A stretch of DNA of 32,000 nt from an uncultured Actinomycetes bacterium. Lineage in GTDB: Bacteria > Actinomycetota > Actinomycetes > S36-B12 > CAIYMF01. Positions 31,392 to 32,000 of the stretch are shown here, in pieces. Both the position numbers and the translations under genes were made by a program. The DNA lies in the NCBI GenBank assembly GCA_963843975.1, contig CAWJMG010000001.1:360001-392000 (forward strand), read 5' to 3'. Below the pieces are notes generated by a model. That model made no database searches. It had not been told where the DNA came from and saw only the letters and a list, made by a program, of their open reading frames with translations. Each line of letters opens with the position of its first letter. The stretch's first letter is position 1.

Positions 31392-31443
31392 CCGGTCACC
31401 CTCCGACCGGAGGATCGGCCACGCAGCGTGGCGAGGTGACCGG
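31392..31443 (-). terminator. GC-rich multi-stem element downstream of the DUF3499 gene (terminator or RNA-stabilising structure candidate)
   Basis: The outer 9-bp pairing is ccggtcacc (31392-31400) with ggtgaccgg (31435-31443). It encloses two hairpins: ctcc-gacc-ggag (31401-31412) and ccacg-cag-cgtgg (31419-31431). The element begins 33 nt after the stop at 31476. Confidence 0.3.
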
Positions 31444-31475
31444 CAGTCGGACGCCCCCAGGCCGGAGAGGCTGGA

Positions 31476-31832
31476 TCAGGCGTCGACGTCGACGTCGCTG
31501 CGCAGTACCCGCAGGTGGCCGCGCCGGCCGACCTCGACCATCGGCGGAGCCGTGACCCGGGGGCGCGCCGCCTCACGGACGGCGTCGGCGAGGGCCTCGA
31601 GGTCGTCGCTGGACGGGCGCAGCGCCTCGGGATCGGGCTCGAGGCGGACGACCTCCCAGCCGCGCGGCGCGGTCATCCGCTCCGAGTGCTGGGCGCAGAG
31701 GTCGTAGCAGTGGGGCTCGGCGTAGGTCGCGAGCGGGCCGAGCACGGCGGTCTGGTCGGCGTAGACGTACGTCAGCGTCGCCACGGCTGCACGGGTGCAG
31801 GAGGGCTTGGAGCAGCGCCGGACCGGACTCAC
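31476..31832 (-). CDS. DUF3499 domain-containing protein (Rv3258c-like)
   Basis: RRCSKPSCTRAAVATLTYVYADQTAVLGPLATYAEPHCYDLCAQHSERMTAPRGWEVVR matches the DUF3499 pattern I recall. It also holds the conserved position next to pmm. Confidence 0.8.
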   Translation of the reverse strand: MSPVRRCSKPSCTRAAVATLTYVYADQTAVLGPLATYAEPHCYDLCAQHSERMTAPRGWEVVRLEPDPEALRPSSDDLEALADAVREAARPRVTAPPMVEVGRRGHLRVLRSDVDVDA

Positions 31833-31905
31833 GTCGCGAATCTACGGCGGCGCACCGACACCGCCCCGCATCGCCACGCGGTGTTTATGGGCGGTGCACC
31901 CGGAG

Positions 31906-32000
31906 TCAGTCCGTCGGCTCGTCGTACGACGGGTCCAGGTCGCCTGGGGCCACACCGAGGGCGTCGGCCAGCTGCTCGGCCACGAGGTCGCGCAGGAGGT
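31906..32000 (-). CDS. 3' end of a gene truncated by the window edge (possibly Rv3259-like metallopeptidase-family protein)
   Basis: The minus-strand frame reads LLRDLVAEQLADALGVAPGDLDPSYDEPTD, ending at the stop at 31906-31908. GC3 is very high. The family assignment rests on recollection of similar C-termini and on synteny only. Confidence 0.4.
   Translation of the reverse strand, partial: LLRDLVAEQLADALGVAPGDLDPSYDEPTD

Overview
This is a densely packed chromosomal core locus from a high-GC actinobacterium. It holds about 35 protein genes, and many neighbours share 4-nt start/stop overlaps. I saw no rRNA, tRNA, CRISPR array, IS element, integrase or phage gene.

Gene order follows what I recall of the M. 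tuberculosis Rv3235-Rv3259 neighbourhood. In window order: a LysM protein, an Rv3235-like protein, an alpha/beta hydrolase, secA, a GNAT, a YcaQ-type glycosylase, an orphan LuxR regulator, hpf, comF, lpqB-mtrB-mtrA, ahcY, a CDF exporter, a SIS isomerase, Trm112, phosphomannomutase, a small Zn-ribbon protein, DUF3499, and the 3' end of an Rv3259-like gene.

An ~11.4 kb block sits between mtrA and ahcY. It carries a conserved but functionally uncharacterised MoxR/DUF58/DUF4350/DUF4129 membrane operon with a SpoIIM-like gene, an RDD gene and a 68-aa ORF. It also carries a secreted SGNH hydrolase, a frameshifted acyltransferase-3/SGNH gene and a CPBP protease.

I found no clearly new self-contained system. 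The items most worth a second look are:
- the 409-nt comF-hpf spacer, which is where the orphan raiA-motif ncRNA is reported to reside, plus a possible coupled uORF;
- the MoxR module;
- single-base frameshifts in ahcY and in the acyltransferase;
- an 18-bp perfect inverted repeat between the LuxR regulator and the ycaQ-like gene;
- a ~41% GC island with a structured element near the right end.

All family calls come from motif recognition by eye. No searches were run.
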